A DNA stretch of 64,000 nucleotides from Octopus vulgaris (taxonomy: Eukaryota): the NCBI GenBank assembly GCA_951406725.2, contig CATOCA020000001.1, positions 6,386,001 to 6,450,000 of the forward strand. The letters are read 5' to 3'. Below are positions 27,720 to 41,290 of this stretch, piece by piece. The position numbers and the translations under genes were made by a program. Below the pieces are notes generated by a model. It saw nothing but the letters and a program-made list of their open reading frames with translations. It made no database searches and was not told the origin of the DNA. Position 1 is the stretch's first letter. The number at the start of each line of letters is the position of its first letter.

Positions 27720-29345
27720 AAGTGAATAGAGCCTTGTCCAGGAGAAACCAATGTCGGCAGACCTTATCCCTCGTTCATCGGATGTTTCGACCCTGAACCG
27801 TTACACCCTACCGTTGTGGGTCAACAGAGGTGGCCAATTCACTGCTCCTCAACTCCTCATGCCTTCCAGCGTTAATCTTCTCTCTTACACCAAAGCCAGC
27901 AAAAGGCTCTTTCAGTTGCCTCTCCCATCATGCGCACAGCCACCTATCCCTCCTTACCTCACATTCCAGTTGCTGTAAAAATCCTCCATTCCGACTGGGC
28001 AAGGAATCCCCTACAGCCAACCTCCACTCGGAAAATCCATACTTGCCATCCCTTCTCCCTGCAATCCTGCAGAAGTCTCTTATATCTGTCACACTTCTGT
28101 TCATGGACCTCGTTACAACCGGCTTCTCACATGATTGTTCGTTCAATTATGATAATTTTCTGGGCCTTTTCAGGCCACAGGACCACATCAGGCCTCAGGG
28201 TTGTATGGATATCCTGGGGAAACTGCAATCTCTTCCCTAAGTCTACCTTCATATCCCATTGTTGAGACCCTTGCAGCAAGATGTGTATTGCTTTTGCTGG
28301 CTTTACTGCTTTCTCTCCCTCTTTCACGAACTGAATTGCGGCAGTTATCTTCCCTTGGCGATGATGATTCTTACACTTTTACTGCTCCAGGGTGTGAGCA
28401 AGTATTTGTATCTGCCTTGAGAAAGTGTTATTCTGCACCCTTCCAGGATTTGTGCCAGAGTGCCCCTTTCCCACAAAGTCTACACAGCTGGTCTTCCCTC
28501 AAACCTTATCTGTGCAGGTTTGTTGGCATCGGGAGTGTGTCATACATCGCTCTATGCAGGAAGGAGATGTGCAAAGGTTCCAGCCTCCACAGATCAGTCC
28601 ATGTGAGCTTCCTCTTAGGGAGATCCCATTTAGTCCATGCACCGAGAGATTCCAGCTCGACAGCTCTAGATTTCCTTTTATCTTCCTCCTGGTTCCACAT
28701 TGCTTTCTGAGTCATAACCCGCCTCTCCTTGGTGTCTGCTTTCTTCTATTGTTGGAAATAGGAAGAGACAAGTCCCTGGTGACCCCAACATGTAGCTCCA
28801 ATTATGACGCGTAGCTCCAGCATGCCTTCAGCCTGAGCGACAGCGGTGCTAGTTACCCACACCTTGTGGTAATACCTGCATGTCTGACAAGCTCGTCCTT
28901 AGAGTCCCTCTACACCATTACATTACATTTTGCTACTTTAAATTCCTCCATTAAATACAACAGGGGAAGTTGCAGCCTTCCAGATCTTATGGACAGGCCT
29001 ACTGAAGTGAAGCTTGGGAAACTCCTAGCAATCGTCGGAGGTATTTAGTTATCTTTCTGTCCACCCTTTCCACACTTGTCATTGGAGCATCATACAGCAT
29101 CAGCAACCATATGAGTCTTGGGAACAGTCTGTGTTGGTAGAGCCATGCCCTGAACTTTCCTGGAAGCCCTGATCTATCAATCCTCATCAGCCACTCCTCT
29201 GCTTGCTTCACAATTTTGGTGACATTGCTTCTCTCTGACAGCGACTCGTCAAACATCTTTTCAAGGCATTTACTAGGATTTACCTCTATTGATGGAATGC
29301 TCCTTGCACTTGGAGCCTGATTTTGTTGGTTACCTTACTGCCCTC
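27720..29345 (-). mobile_element. Decayed HERO/NeSL-like non-LTR retrotransposon with restriction-like endonuclease (RLE)
   Basis: IDRSGLPGKFRAWLYQHRLFPRL, GAWTKWD, YDTLPMPTNLHR followed by a CxxC knuckle, and WDMKVDLGKRLQFPQDIHTTLRPDVVLW...IIIIE (PD..E RLE); frameshifted. Confidence 0.85.
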
Positions 29346-29699
29346 CCTGATTACCATGCTCTCCGAAATGCTTAGGAAGATGGTTCAATTCATGCATAAG
29401 CTCAATGAAGAGAAACAAAACCACTTTATGTTTGGTACTGAATCTAATACAAAGTAATTATTTGAGACTAGATATCTGTGGGAACTTCTGGATGACACCA
29501 ACTTCTGTTGAATATGTTCAAAATGTGAAAAAGTGGATACAAATGAAAGGAAACGATAGGGGAATAAAAACATAAATAAGGCAGTGCTTCGTTTTAAATT
29601 AAGTGCTTCGTTCGTACTTTGTAGCCATACAAAATGTTAAAAGGTCTGAGTTCTTCATACACAACTGTAATACATCTGTTTAGACAACAATATCAACAT

Positions 29700-30720
29700 C
29701 ATCTGGAGGAAAACACCTACCATCACAAAGTGGCAGACATACACCCACCATTGAATTACAGGTATGATGGTCATCAAGAAAATAAAGGATGCTTCTTTCT
29801 GCATTTCACCATCTGTCAGCTCTCTTCACTCCTAATTTAAAACCAAGATTTCTGGTCGCCTACCAACAGAATCTCTATAAATTTAACAGAATCATCCTAC
29901 CAACTGCTTCCTAACCATGACGGTCCTATACCAGGGATTCTCAAACCTTTTAAATGTGGTTTCTTTTCATTTACCAAGGATTTCTCAATGTCCCTTTCCT
30001 TGCTACGACTCTATATAACACATTTTTAATGTTGTTTCAATTAATACCAGATCAGATTAATTTCCCTCTCGATCCTAGTCTTGACATGGGTGACTACTTA
30101 CCACAGAACCTTCACCAGAATAAGTGAATACTTGATGCTTCCCACTTAGTTTTCTTTACTGATCCAACCGTTGATACATAGCTTCAGTTAAACTCGGGTA
30201 CACATTATTTGTGTTTCATATATACATAACCTCATATAATATTTTCCCACAGCGCCCCCACACATGGGTAGTACTGACCTCACTGGGAAATCCTGCTCAA
30301 TATTCCTGCAGACAATATCTTATCGAGTGACTACCATCCAGTCATTCTAACTTCCAATGGTTCAATTATGAAGTAAAAAGTCACAAACAACCATCATATT
30401 TGTCCCTTTAGGTATCTTTCATTATTCAATGCTCACCAGTACAATTTTATAAAGCCAGATCAAGAGAGGCTTGGTACATATGTGACACACCAGTGTTTTC
30501 ATATGTTTGACAAAATCTGCATAAAATGGTGTAGCCCTTGACATCAGTAAAACCTTCGACTGCGTATGGCAAGAGGACTTCTTTAAAAAGCCACCATCCA
30601 TCTACAGATTCCATCTGTTTCTCATCTCATCTGAAAATTTCATGTCAGAATATTCCCTTGCAGTGTGTGATGATGGGTTTCTCTCACATTCACATTCCAT
30701 CTACTTTGCCATGCTAAAAA
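29700..30720 (+). mobile_element. Highly decayed CR1/Jockey-group LINE RT fragment
   Basis: VALDISKTFDCVWQE at ~30531-30575; surrounding sequence degenerate. Confidence 0.6.
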
Positions 30721-30736
30721 TTTGGTCAAGAATAAT

Positions 30737-30955
30737 ATTCTTTTTCTACTCAAGGTACAAGGCCTGACATTTTTGGGGAGGGGGCCAGTCGATTAGACCG
30801 ACCACAGTAGGCAACTAGTACTTAATATACCGACCTAGGAAGGATGACAAGAAAAGTCGACCTCGGCGGAATTTGATCTCAGAACGTAAACACAGACGAA
30901 ATACTGCTAAACATTTCACCTGGCGTGCTAACGATTCTGCCATCTCGCTGCCTTG
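30737..30955 (-). mobile_element. tRNA-derived SINE (family also at 36413-36580, 37857-38263 and 43110-43447)
   Basis: Shared core GAAAGGCAAAGTCGACCTCGGCGGAATTTGAACTCAGAAC with a B-box-like GTTCAAATTCC on the SINE strand. Confidence 0.75.
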
Positions 30956-31119
30956 GTCAATACTTTTATTATAACATTAATGGCAATTAGAGGAAAGAGA
31001 TGAAGAAAGAAAAGAAATATTATGGAGAAATATATGCAGTTAGTTTGAAGTTTTCAAATTGCGTATAAAATAATAAAGAAATAGGCAAATTTGAGAAAGC
31101 AATAAACAGAACAACTTAC

Positions 31120-31197
31120 TTCGCCTGGCTCCTCCTCAAGTAAGATTTTCAATCCTTCCACATCATTATTGCAAATTTTATTAACGATTGGGTCCAT
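31120..31197 (-). CDS. Ankyrin-repeat gene, first coding exon (MDPIVNKICNNDVEGLKILLEEEPGE)
   Basis: ATG at 31197, 5 nt after an AG acceptor (31203-04); GTAAGT donor 31118-19; phase 0 joins exon 2. Confidence 0.8.
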
Positions 31198-32030
31198 GTC
31201 TTCTGAATAAAAGATGACAAAAAAGATTAAAACAGTTTTTAAAAACATATAAAATGAGGTAAACAACAATAAACAGAAATTAATGGTCCTAAAATCTTGC
31301 ATAAGATAACATTGATATTGTAAACTTCAGTTTATCTAAAGTATTATTCATAGCTGAATGTTCTTCTTGACACTAATAAACCTAACAACAGTAATTGTGT
31401 TGTGTCTCTAGGTTAGATTACAGATTGACTGGTTACAATTAAACCCTCAATATTGGAATGTACAGTCTGTTGATCAGCTACGTAGAGGCAGCGTACATGT
31501 TGAGCTATAAATCTGTGGATCATACCCCAGCTACGGTGGAGGGCACATTATATCAAAGACAAACTGATTCTCCAAAGAAAGGCAAATATACGAAATATAG
31601 TAAAAGAATCAATGAAACAGATTTTGTTCAATAAAACCTCCTGTATTGATCTTTGTCGAAACACTAGCAAGGTAGATGAGATCGAATCAGACACTATTAA
31701 CAAGTGCTTACTTTATAGATTTTTGCAAATATCTTTATGACTATTTCATAATTATTTAATAAATTTCCATTATATATATATATATCATTTCCATCATCAC
31801 TTAACGTCCACAGTTCATCCATTCATGAGTAAGATGGATGACAGGAGCTGTCCAGGTAGAAAAACTACCCTGGGCTATTGTTTATTAAAAAAAAGGGATT
31901 TTACAGCTGGATGCCCTTCCAAACGCCAACCACCAGTTTTGTCCCACTGTTTGACACCTTGGGCAAGTACCCAGTGAAAAAACTGCCAAAATGAAATGTT
32001 TGTGTTTGTGTGGGTGGGGGTGTACCTGCG

Positions 32031-32067
<37 letters not shown>

Positions 32068-32069
32068 TG

Positions 32070-32124
<55 letters not shown>

Positions 32125-32671
32125 ATATATATGTATTTGTATGTGTGTGTGTGTGTTTCCATTTGCTTTTAGTGAAAATTGCTCAGCTATGAACGATTGT
32201 CATTTTCCCTGTTAATAGACAAACCATTGGAATAAGTGATCCCTTGAACAACAGGTAAGGGTTAATAACATGAAGGGGATCCATATACAAAAAGAATGGA
32301 TCAATAATATACTCATACAACCCATGGTAATATGGAGAAAAGGTGTAAAATGATTGCTTTATATGCATATACGTACATATATAAGTCTATGTATGTGTAT
32401 ACTCGTGTGCATGTGTGAGTAGCTGTATGGCATAGTGATTCGGGTGTTACCCTCACAATATCTAGATCGTGGGTTTGATTCTTGCAATGCCCTTCTTTTC
32501 CCAAGATTTCCGAATGTTCGCCTGCTTTCCTAACCAGTGGAGTGGCATCATTCAAAGCGTAAAACGTCGCAAAGCACATTGTGACCAGTGATGTGTAACA
32601 TCTGGCAGTATAGTCGATCATGTGACTACTTGATTATATACATATGTATATATATATATGTCTATGTGTGT

Positions 32672-32705
<34 letters not shown>

Positions 32706-32719
32706 TCCTTATTCCTTCA

Positions 32720-33444
32720 GCACATCCTTCAGTCAGGTGAATGCTCTCCATCCTGCTCTTACACTTTGCAACATCTCATTCTCCATCTTTCGCCTCTAGT
32801 CACTTCTTGACCGAGATAGACATAGCTGTCCACCTCTTCTATTTCGTCGCTTCCGACTGTTAGCTGAGCGATTAATTCGTCTTCAGTCCATATGTTCAAG
32901 CCAAGTGCCGAACCTCTGGAATGCAGTTCGTCCAGCATGGTCTACAGGTGATCGGGGCTCTCCGCTGTCAGCGTTATGTTGTCAGCGAAAGTTAGAACTT
33001 AGACAAGGCAATTGGCACAAATCTCTTCAACAGCACAGTCTTTCCTGCAGTGCTATACACATGTTAGACTTGGGCCTTGAAGAAGAGGGAACATCTTTTT
33101 ACAATGCAGATATCCATTGTAACGCTGGTGTTGGAAATCTGACTAAGAGATCACACCTGGAATGAGGATATCAGGAATAGAACTGGAGTGAAGGACATCA
33201 TCACCGAAAACCACTAAGTAAATCTACGATGAGCTGGTCATGTGCAAGGTTCACAGACCTTCGGTGGACCCGTGCAGTTGTAGGGTGGTACCCGTGCGAA
33301 CGGAAGAGACCACTCAGAAAGACCTCCAGTCAGATGCGAAGATGATTTAATAAAAATGTTTAGAACAGAAGAAATAGGAGAGCAGGAGAGAAAGGGAGAA
33401 AATTTTATGGGCAGCGGAGCCGAATCGGTACCAGACAGCCTGGC

Positions 33445-33445
<1 letters not shown>
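32720..33445 (+). mobile_element. Decayed RTE (BovB-like) LINE 3' fragment
   Basis: Degenerate RTGVKDII, LR*AGHV and WYPCERKRP..RPPVR.EDD motifs. Confidence 0.65.
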
Positions 33446-33498
<53 letters not shown>

Positions 33499-33949
33499 TC
33501 ACCAGTAACATCACCACCCACACCACAATCAGAACACCCCTGCACACTGTTCAGCTCACTGCCCAAACCACACACCATCATGCACACAACGACTCCCACA
33601 CACATGCACTAACGTATATACATGTGCACACACCATTCAAACAAACACACATTAACTGCTACACACAAACGATTCAATACACCCGCACAAACACATGCTA
33701 TATGCAGCTTCACACACACGTCCATACTCGCACACACACACAAATACACGAAACACCATTCTACACAATGCCCACATTAGGATACTTCTACATATACACA
33801 CACACACACGCTCCCTTACGCACACTCAGGCCCACATAATTTTAAGCTCCCCCACACATACATTCACACACACTCGTCCCCATTTAAATACGCACATCCA
33901 CACACCCTTCTTAAATGCACACTCCCCCTTACACAACCTAGTTCAGCAG

Positions 33950-34195
33950 GGGCAGCATTATTTGCCCCCTTTATCTCAAACTCTTTCTTCCAGAAATTTC
34001 ATCATGTTCAACCGTTAATTCCTACACATTTTCTCTCCTTTATTTTCGTTCCCTCTCCATTTCCCCCTCGATCCTTTCTGTCGAAGAGCGAAGGTTCTAT
34101 ACATCAAAGACTTCCCAATTTTTCCCCGAGCGTCAAAGGAATACACCTTCTTTTTTGTGCCCTCACCTGTCTTCGTCTTTTTTTTTCTGTAAATG
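33950..34195 (+). mobile_element. Degenerate PLE-derived 3' fragment with a decayed HHR-like motif
   Basis: CTGTCGAAGAGCG...CCGAGCGTCAAAGGAATAC resembles the 54175-54347 family in reverse orientation. Confidence 0.4.
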
Positions 34196-34529
34196 TGTGT
34201 GTGAGTGTGTCTATGTGAGTGTGTGTACTTAAGGTTGGAATTAAAAAATTTTTCTTGTGAAGAGTATCGACTAGTAACCTTTAACTAAGATCTTAATACA
34301 TAAGCATTAATATAGATGTTTCATGAATATATTTGTGTAGAGTACACACTGGGTCAAAGGCCGGGTGACTGCTAGTATATATTACACACACATACACTTA
34401 GTAGACTTAATAATATAGGCTAAGAGAAGAATAAGAGAGGGAGGAAATGGAGGAAGCAGAGGCATTGAAATAAACACTGGGTCTACATTGAGGGAAAATA
34501 AGTTGAAAAACAGCATCAGAAGATCTGAC

Positions 34530-34790
34530 CTCTCTGGCTTTGTTTAAATTCAAAAGTGGTCAACCAGACGTGAAGTCTTGTGAAGCCACATACATCAGAT
34601 CAACTAGAAGACAGATTCACCACAGACTGAGAAAGCATTCCCTCAAGACCACACCACCCAGGGCTTTATTCCAACAATGTCAATATTGCCAAGGGAAATA
34701 TCGCACCAGGATTATAGAAAGAGGCGTAGATGCCATCAACCACTGAATAACAGAGATCCACGTCTTTAGAAGCACAGCACAAAGTTTGAA
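34530..34790 (+). mobile_element. Old Penelope GIY-YIG endonuclease remnant
   Basis: FKFKS...CEATYIRSTRRQIHHRLRKH...RIIERG matches the VYKF-C...YIG-T-R-L--R--EH pattern. Confidence 0.6.
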
Positions 34791-35039
34791 GCTCTGAAGT
34801 GAGCTAGACGAATGGATTCATTTACTGCATTCAGGAATATTAATCGGTACATGTCAATTATACACATAAAATTAAAAATTAATGTAAAATATTTCCTTTT
34901 TTTAGCTGAAGGCAGAAATTTATTGTAGAGATTGCATTAAATTATATGAAGGAAAAAGAGTTTATATTTTTTATATTCCTGTAAAATTGACTTACAAATT
35001 AAAATATTTCCTTGAAATACAAAATTCCATCAGGTATAA

Positions 35040-35423
35040 TCTTTATATATAAAAGTAAGGTTGTGTGTCTGCCTCCTACGATTTAGATTCCTAACTACTC
35101 CCACATTTTGCGGTGCAGTTTAACCAAAACCGGGTATCTTATAGTCGTGATTCATATCGAGCCCTTCTGGGTATTAGCGCGCGTCTACGATGAGTCTACG
35201 ATTTAAAAAAAAATTACCATCTTTTTTTCCATTTTAATGCATTTTCTCGCTATCATATAAGGGAAGTAACTCTCTAAAAATGTCTACGATGAGTCAACGA
35301 TTTAAAAAAAAATTTATCATCATTTTCTTTCCATTTTTTTGCTATTTTTTGGCTATAACTCTCTAAAAATGCTTTATAGTTATTTCCCTTACAAACCCAA
35401 GCAACGCCGGGCGATACTGCTAG
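35040..35423 (+). mobile_element. Non-autonomous Helitron
   Basis: Inserted between A and T; 5' TCTTTATATATAAAAG; 3' GC-rich hairpin CCCAAGCAACGCCGGG then CTAG; a similar 3' end at ~34350-34376. Confidence 0.8.
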
Positions 35424-35563
35424 TTAGGTATAATTTTCTTCCTTTAAATTTTCTGACATATATTTATTTCAACCTTTCTATTCTTATGAAAATGCAGGAC
35501 ACATTTTTATAGTTTATATAATGGCTTGAGAAAAACATAAATGGGAATAGAAGAGCATTTGTA

Positions 35564-35620
<57 letters not shown>

Positions 35621-35636
35621 CATTTGTATGTGCATA

Positions 35637-35676
<40 letters not shown>

Positions 35677-35697
35677 GAGAGAGAGAGAGCATTTGTA

Positions 35698-35747
<50 letters not shown>

Positions 35748-35768
35748 GAGAGAGAGAGAGCATTTGTA

Positions 35769-35806
<38 letters not shown>

Positions 35807-36580
35807 TAAAAACGGTAAGATAACAAAAGAAAGAAAGAGACCTCAATATTATGTAAATAGAGGAAATTCTCTATAAAATAATATGTTACAATTACTCAAT
35901 AGAATATTCTATGTAATATGCTTCCATGTTAAATTTTTCTGTGTGTAAGAGTCCTCAACCGATGTGAGGCGATAAACCAAAAATCCGTATTAGCTCTTAG
36001 TGAATATATATATAAATGCACAAATAATTTACATTATGAAAACATGCTATAAATTAATAATTACTGACTAATTAGAGTAGAAATACGTACATGACTTTAA
36101 AAAAATATTTGGGTTTATATGATTGATTAAACACCCAAGTCTAAGCTCCAGCGTGGCCACAACCCAATGCTTTAAATAATAAAACGCATGACCCACATAT
36201 CATATGTATAACTTGAAATCTCTCCACCACCAACACCGTTTAGTCTCTTAATCTCTCCCTCTCCCTCTCTCCCTCTCTTTCTCTCTCTATAAACGACAAA
36301 CCCAATTTTCAATTATTATTCACCTCTTTCTCCTTTACAAATCTACACTTTTATATAATCATTTTATTTCCTCATCTATTCTACTGGTAATTCCAGAGAA
36401 ATCAAACATAATTTTCTTTTCTACTCTACGTACAAGACCCGAAATTTTGGAGGAGGAGGCCAGTCGATTAGGTCGACCCCAGTACGTAACTGGTACTCAA
36501 TTTATCGACAGCGAAAGGATGAAAGGCAAAATTGACCTCGGCGGAATTTGACTTCAGAACGTAAAGACAGACGAAATACC

Positions 36581-36935
36581 AGAAGGGGACAACACAGAGG
36601 GGACAGTACAATCTGATATGGGGTCAGATTTAACGTATGAATCGACACAAAGATGGATTTTAAAATTTTACATAAATATGAAGAGTTCGGATGATAAAAT
36701 ATACAACATTACAGAATGGAGTGGGGGGGACGGGATGTGCTTGGACCCCACGAGCGCTGCCTCCCCACTGATGCTTTGGGTTCATCCTGCATTGTATTCA
36801 TGCAGTTCCATCCGTACGCAGCTTTCGGGCGACATTCTTCCATCGATCTTGAAACCTTTTCGCGGACAGGCATTTTCTCTCAAACCCTATTTTCCTTCTT
36901 AGGTGGAAGGTGGAGAAATTAAACAACCCAGGGCT
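36581..36935 (-). mobile_element. Tx1/L1-like LINE 3' fragment
   Basis: LFNFSTFHLRRKIGFERKCLSAKRFQDRWKNVARKL* is homologous to FINFFKYHFKRKVRVERQVLSSECFKKRSVNVARM at 51793-51940. Confidence 0.65.
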
Positions 36936-37036
36936 AGAGATAGAATACCTATTATTAACCCTATTCTTAATTCACACAGCAGTTTAGAGACTCCGCCGTT
37001 CGTGCATAATAAACTTTATAATCATTCTAAACAATA

Positions 37037-37620
37037 AGGCGGCGAGTTGGCTGAAACGTTAGCACGCCGAGCGAAATGTGCAGCCGTATTTCGTCTGCCG
37101 TTACGTTCTGAGTTCAAATTCCGCCGAGGTCGCCTTTGCCTTTCATCGTTTCTAGGTCGATAAATTAAGTACCAGTTACGCACTGGGGTCAATATAATCG
37201 ATTTAATCCGTTTGTCTGTCCTTGTTTGTCCCCTCTGTGTTTAGTCCCTTGAGGGTAGTAAAGAAATAGGTATTTTGTCTGCCGCTACAGTCTGAGTTCA
37301 AATTCCGCCGAGGTCGACTTTGCCTTTCATCGTTTCGGGGTCGATAAATTAAGTACCAGTTACGCACTGGGGTCGATGTAATCGACTTAATCCGTTTGTC
37401 TGTCCTTGTTTGTCTTCTCTGTGTTTAGCCCCTTGTGGGTAGTAAAGAAATAGGTATTTTGTCTGTCGCTACGTTCTGAGCTCAAATTCCGCCGATGTCG
37501 ACAGTGCCTTTTTTGGGGTCGGTTAAATAAGTACCAGTTACGCACTGGGGTCTATATAATCGATTAACTCCCTTCCCCACAAATTTTCAAGTCCTTGTGC
37601 CAAGAGAAGAAATAATAATT
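37037..37620 (+). mobile_element. tRNA-derived SINE with ~2.5 internal tandem copies of a ~183-bp module
   Basis: GGCGGCGAGTTGGCTGAAACGTTAGCACG head; TTCTGAGTTCAAATTCCGCCGAGGTCG recurs at ~37106, ~37290 and ~37474. Confidence 0.8.
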
Positions 37621-38347
37621 CTAGACAACGTGAAATAATCCTCAGAAGACATCCATCTGATAGATAATATTTAAGATTACGAGAAAACATATTTAATGCA
37701 TTCCACATCAAAATGTTAACATAGGATAAAGAAGTGGGGAGAGAAATGTATGCAGTCACCCACTTTTTGAATGTTTAAACAATTCATACTCTTTCCTACA
37801 AGATATAAATATTATTTAAAATACGAGAACAATTACATTTAGATGCAAAATTCAAGAAATATTCTTTTCTACTCAAGACACAAGGCCCCAGATTTGGGGC
37901 GAAGTGGCCAGTAGATAAGTGTAATACCAGTACGCGACCAGTACGAAAGGATGAAAGGCAAAGTCGACCTCGGCGGAATTTGAACTCAGAAAATAAAGAC
38001 AGACGAAACATCGCTAAGTGTTTCGCCCGGCGTGCTAACGTTTCTGCCAAGCTAGCTGCCTTTTCTTTTCTACGATAGGCACAAGGCGAGGGGACCAGTT
38101 GATTGGATCGACACCAGTATGCAACTGGTATTTAATTCATCGACCCCAAAATGAGAGAGGGCAAAGTCAACCTCGGTGGAATTTGAACTCAGAACGTAAA
38201 GACGGACGAAATGCGTTGCAGCATTTCGTCCGGCGTGCTAACGTTTCTGCCAGCTCACGCCTTAAATTAAATAAAAATTATTTTCTGCTCTAGGCACAAG
38301 GGGAGGGAGCCTGATGCTCGAGAAAAATTTAAAACTCTTGTACATAT

Positions 38348-38378
<31 letters not shown>

Positions 38379-38467
38379 CATACATACATACATACATATA
38401 TACATACATACTTACATACATACATACATATATACATACATACATACATACATATATACATACATAC

Positions 38468-38498
<31 letters not shown>

Positions 38499-38524
38499 CA
38501 TCCATATATACATACATACATACA

Positions 38525-38558
<34 letters not shown>

Positions 38559-38643
38559 CATACATACTTACATACATACATACATATATACATACATACT
38601 TACATACATACATACATACATACATATATACATACATACTTAC

Positions 38644-38698
<55 letters not shown>

Positions 38699-38702
<4 letters not shown>

Positions 38703-38822
38703 TAATCCAAACAAGAAAGCACAAAAAACACAACAACGAAAGGACGTGGAACAAATAGAGTATTATTGGACGCTCAGGAAAGAAGGAAAGATCCAGAGAA
38801 GGGAAGACAGAGGAAAAAAATC

Positions 38823-38823
<1 letters not shown>
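38699..38823 (-). mobile_element. PLE-derived short element in (TA)n; internally deleted copy of 54175-54347
   Basis: AGTTAATCCAAACAAGAAAGCAC...GGACGCTCAGG shared with 54175. Confidence 0.7.
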
Positions 38824-38864
<41 letters not shown>

Positions 38865-39216
38865 GTAAACTCTATTTCCAGCCCTTCTACATTTGTATTT
38901 CTCAAGATAAGATTCAAGACAAGAAAATTTTTTTTTACCTTATTTCAAATGGTTTCGATGCTGGAGAAGCTTGGGATTCGTGTTTCCTCACGAAGCGAAA
39001 GGATATAAATGTTTCTTAGTTAGTTAATAAGCAGGAGGTGACTACTCTTATTCAATTTCGTGCCACACCCTGACTAACACAAGATCTTTTATTCAAATTT
39101 GAATGCTCTTTACAATTTGTCATGTCAAAGTATAATTCAATTCATTTCGTATGACGTAACCTCTCCATAATTGTCTGAAAACCTATGTGCATATATATAT
39201 ATATATAAGGATAAGA

Positions 39217-39270
<54 letters not shown>

Positions 39271-39356
39271 ATATGTATGCAGATTATATAAAACCCACTT
39301 AAATCTTGTCAAACCAGTTTTCTTGTTAAATTTTCATACACACACACAAAACTGAG

Positions 39357-39818
39357 CCCCACTACCCCGCCCTGTCCCTAGCTACATTCAGATGGCTGAT
39401 CCCCCTTATGTTATAGAGCAGTTACTGTTTATATCTCGCTCAGAGATTTATTATTGTTGTCGAACGGTTTTTCTACATCAGTGACTGTGGTTACTGTGAA
39501 AATCCATATATATCCAGCCTGTAGAGGAAGTCCCTCAACGAAGAACGGTGCTTACCATGCGTTGATAAGAGGCAAATACCTCGAAACCGGTCCGTATGTA
39601 GTATCCGTATCTTCGGGGAGGCTGATCTCCCTTTGCAGGCTGGCAAGGACACCGAGATGGTGTCAGCCCTTTTGGTGACGTTGATGATCGCATGGGGCTA
39701 AATGCATCAGTAACACCCCCACTACCCCGCCCTGTCCCTAGCCACATTCAGATGGCTGATCCCCCTTATGTTATAGAGCAGTTACTGTTTATATCTCGCT
39801 CAGAGATTTATTATTGTT
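39357..39818 (+). mobile_element. Second retrozyme-like element: 1.3 x 360-bp unit with a hammerhead
   Basis: 39357-39458 is repeated at 39717-39818 (period 360); 3' end abuts (AT)n. Confidence 0.8.
39541..39613 (+). ncRNA. Type I hammerhead ribozyme, U3-A8 variant
   Basis: CATGCG-TTGATAA-GAGG caaata CCTC-GAAA-CCGG-TC-CGTATG; stem I extends via TGCT/AGTA, ACGG/CCGT and AAGA/TCTT; predicted cleavage after 39592. Confidence 0.85.
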
Positions 39819-39830
39819 ATATATATATCT

Positions 39831-40452
39831 AAATATATATTATATTAAATTAGAGATAAAACCACTATTAGGCAAATCAAACAGTGAAAAACATAAGCCA
39901 ATACATAAAATTAATTTAAAAATATAAAAGTTAAAATTTAAAAAATTATTTAAATAATTTGAACTTATAAATTTTAAATATATATATATACAAATATATA
40001 TATATATATGTGTGTGTGTATGTATGTATATTTTTATATTTATATATTATTTTATTTATTCATTTATTTATTAATTAATTAATTTATTTATTTATTTATA
40101 TAATAATTAAAAAAAATTGATAAATAAATAATTAAATATATTAATTAATAAACAAATTAATAAATAAAATAAAATATAAATATAAAAGATACATACACAC
40201 ATATATATATATATATATATATATTTGTATATATATATATATTTAAAATTTATAAGTTTAAATTATTTAAAATATTTTTTAAACTTTAACTTTTATATTT
40301 TTAAATTAATTTTATGTATTGGCTTATGTTTTTCAATGTTTGATTTGCCTAATAGTGGTTTTATCTCTAATTTAATATAATATATTTATACTATAAAATT
40401 GGATTTAATCCTAAATCTAATTTTTCCCTGCAATTTTGGATTTATTCCCTAA
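39831..40452 (+). mobile_element. AT-rich foldback insertion: ~250-290-bp inverted arms plus 3' tail (PLE-like)
   Basis: TTAGAGATAAAACCACTATTAGGCAAATCAAAC (39850) is mirrored by GTTTGATTTGCCTAATAGTGGTTTTATCTCTAA (40338); flanked by (TA)n. Confidence 0.7.
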
Positions 40453-40473
40453 TATATATATATATATATATAT

Positions 40474-41290
<817 letters not shown>

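Noticed and set aside
34790-34825. Hammerhead after the GIY-YIG remnant (CTGAAGTGAG...GAA)
   Set aside because: The stems cannot be formed convincingly.
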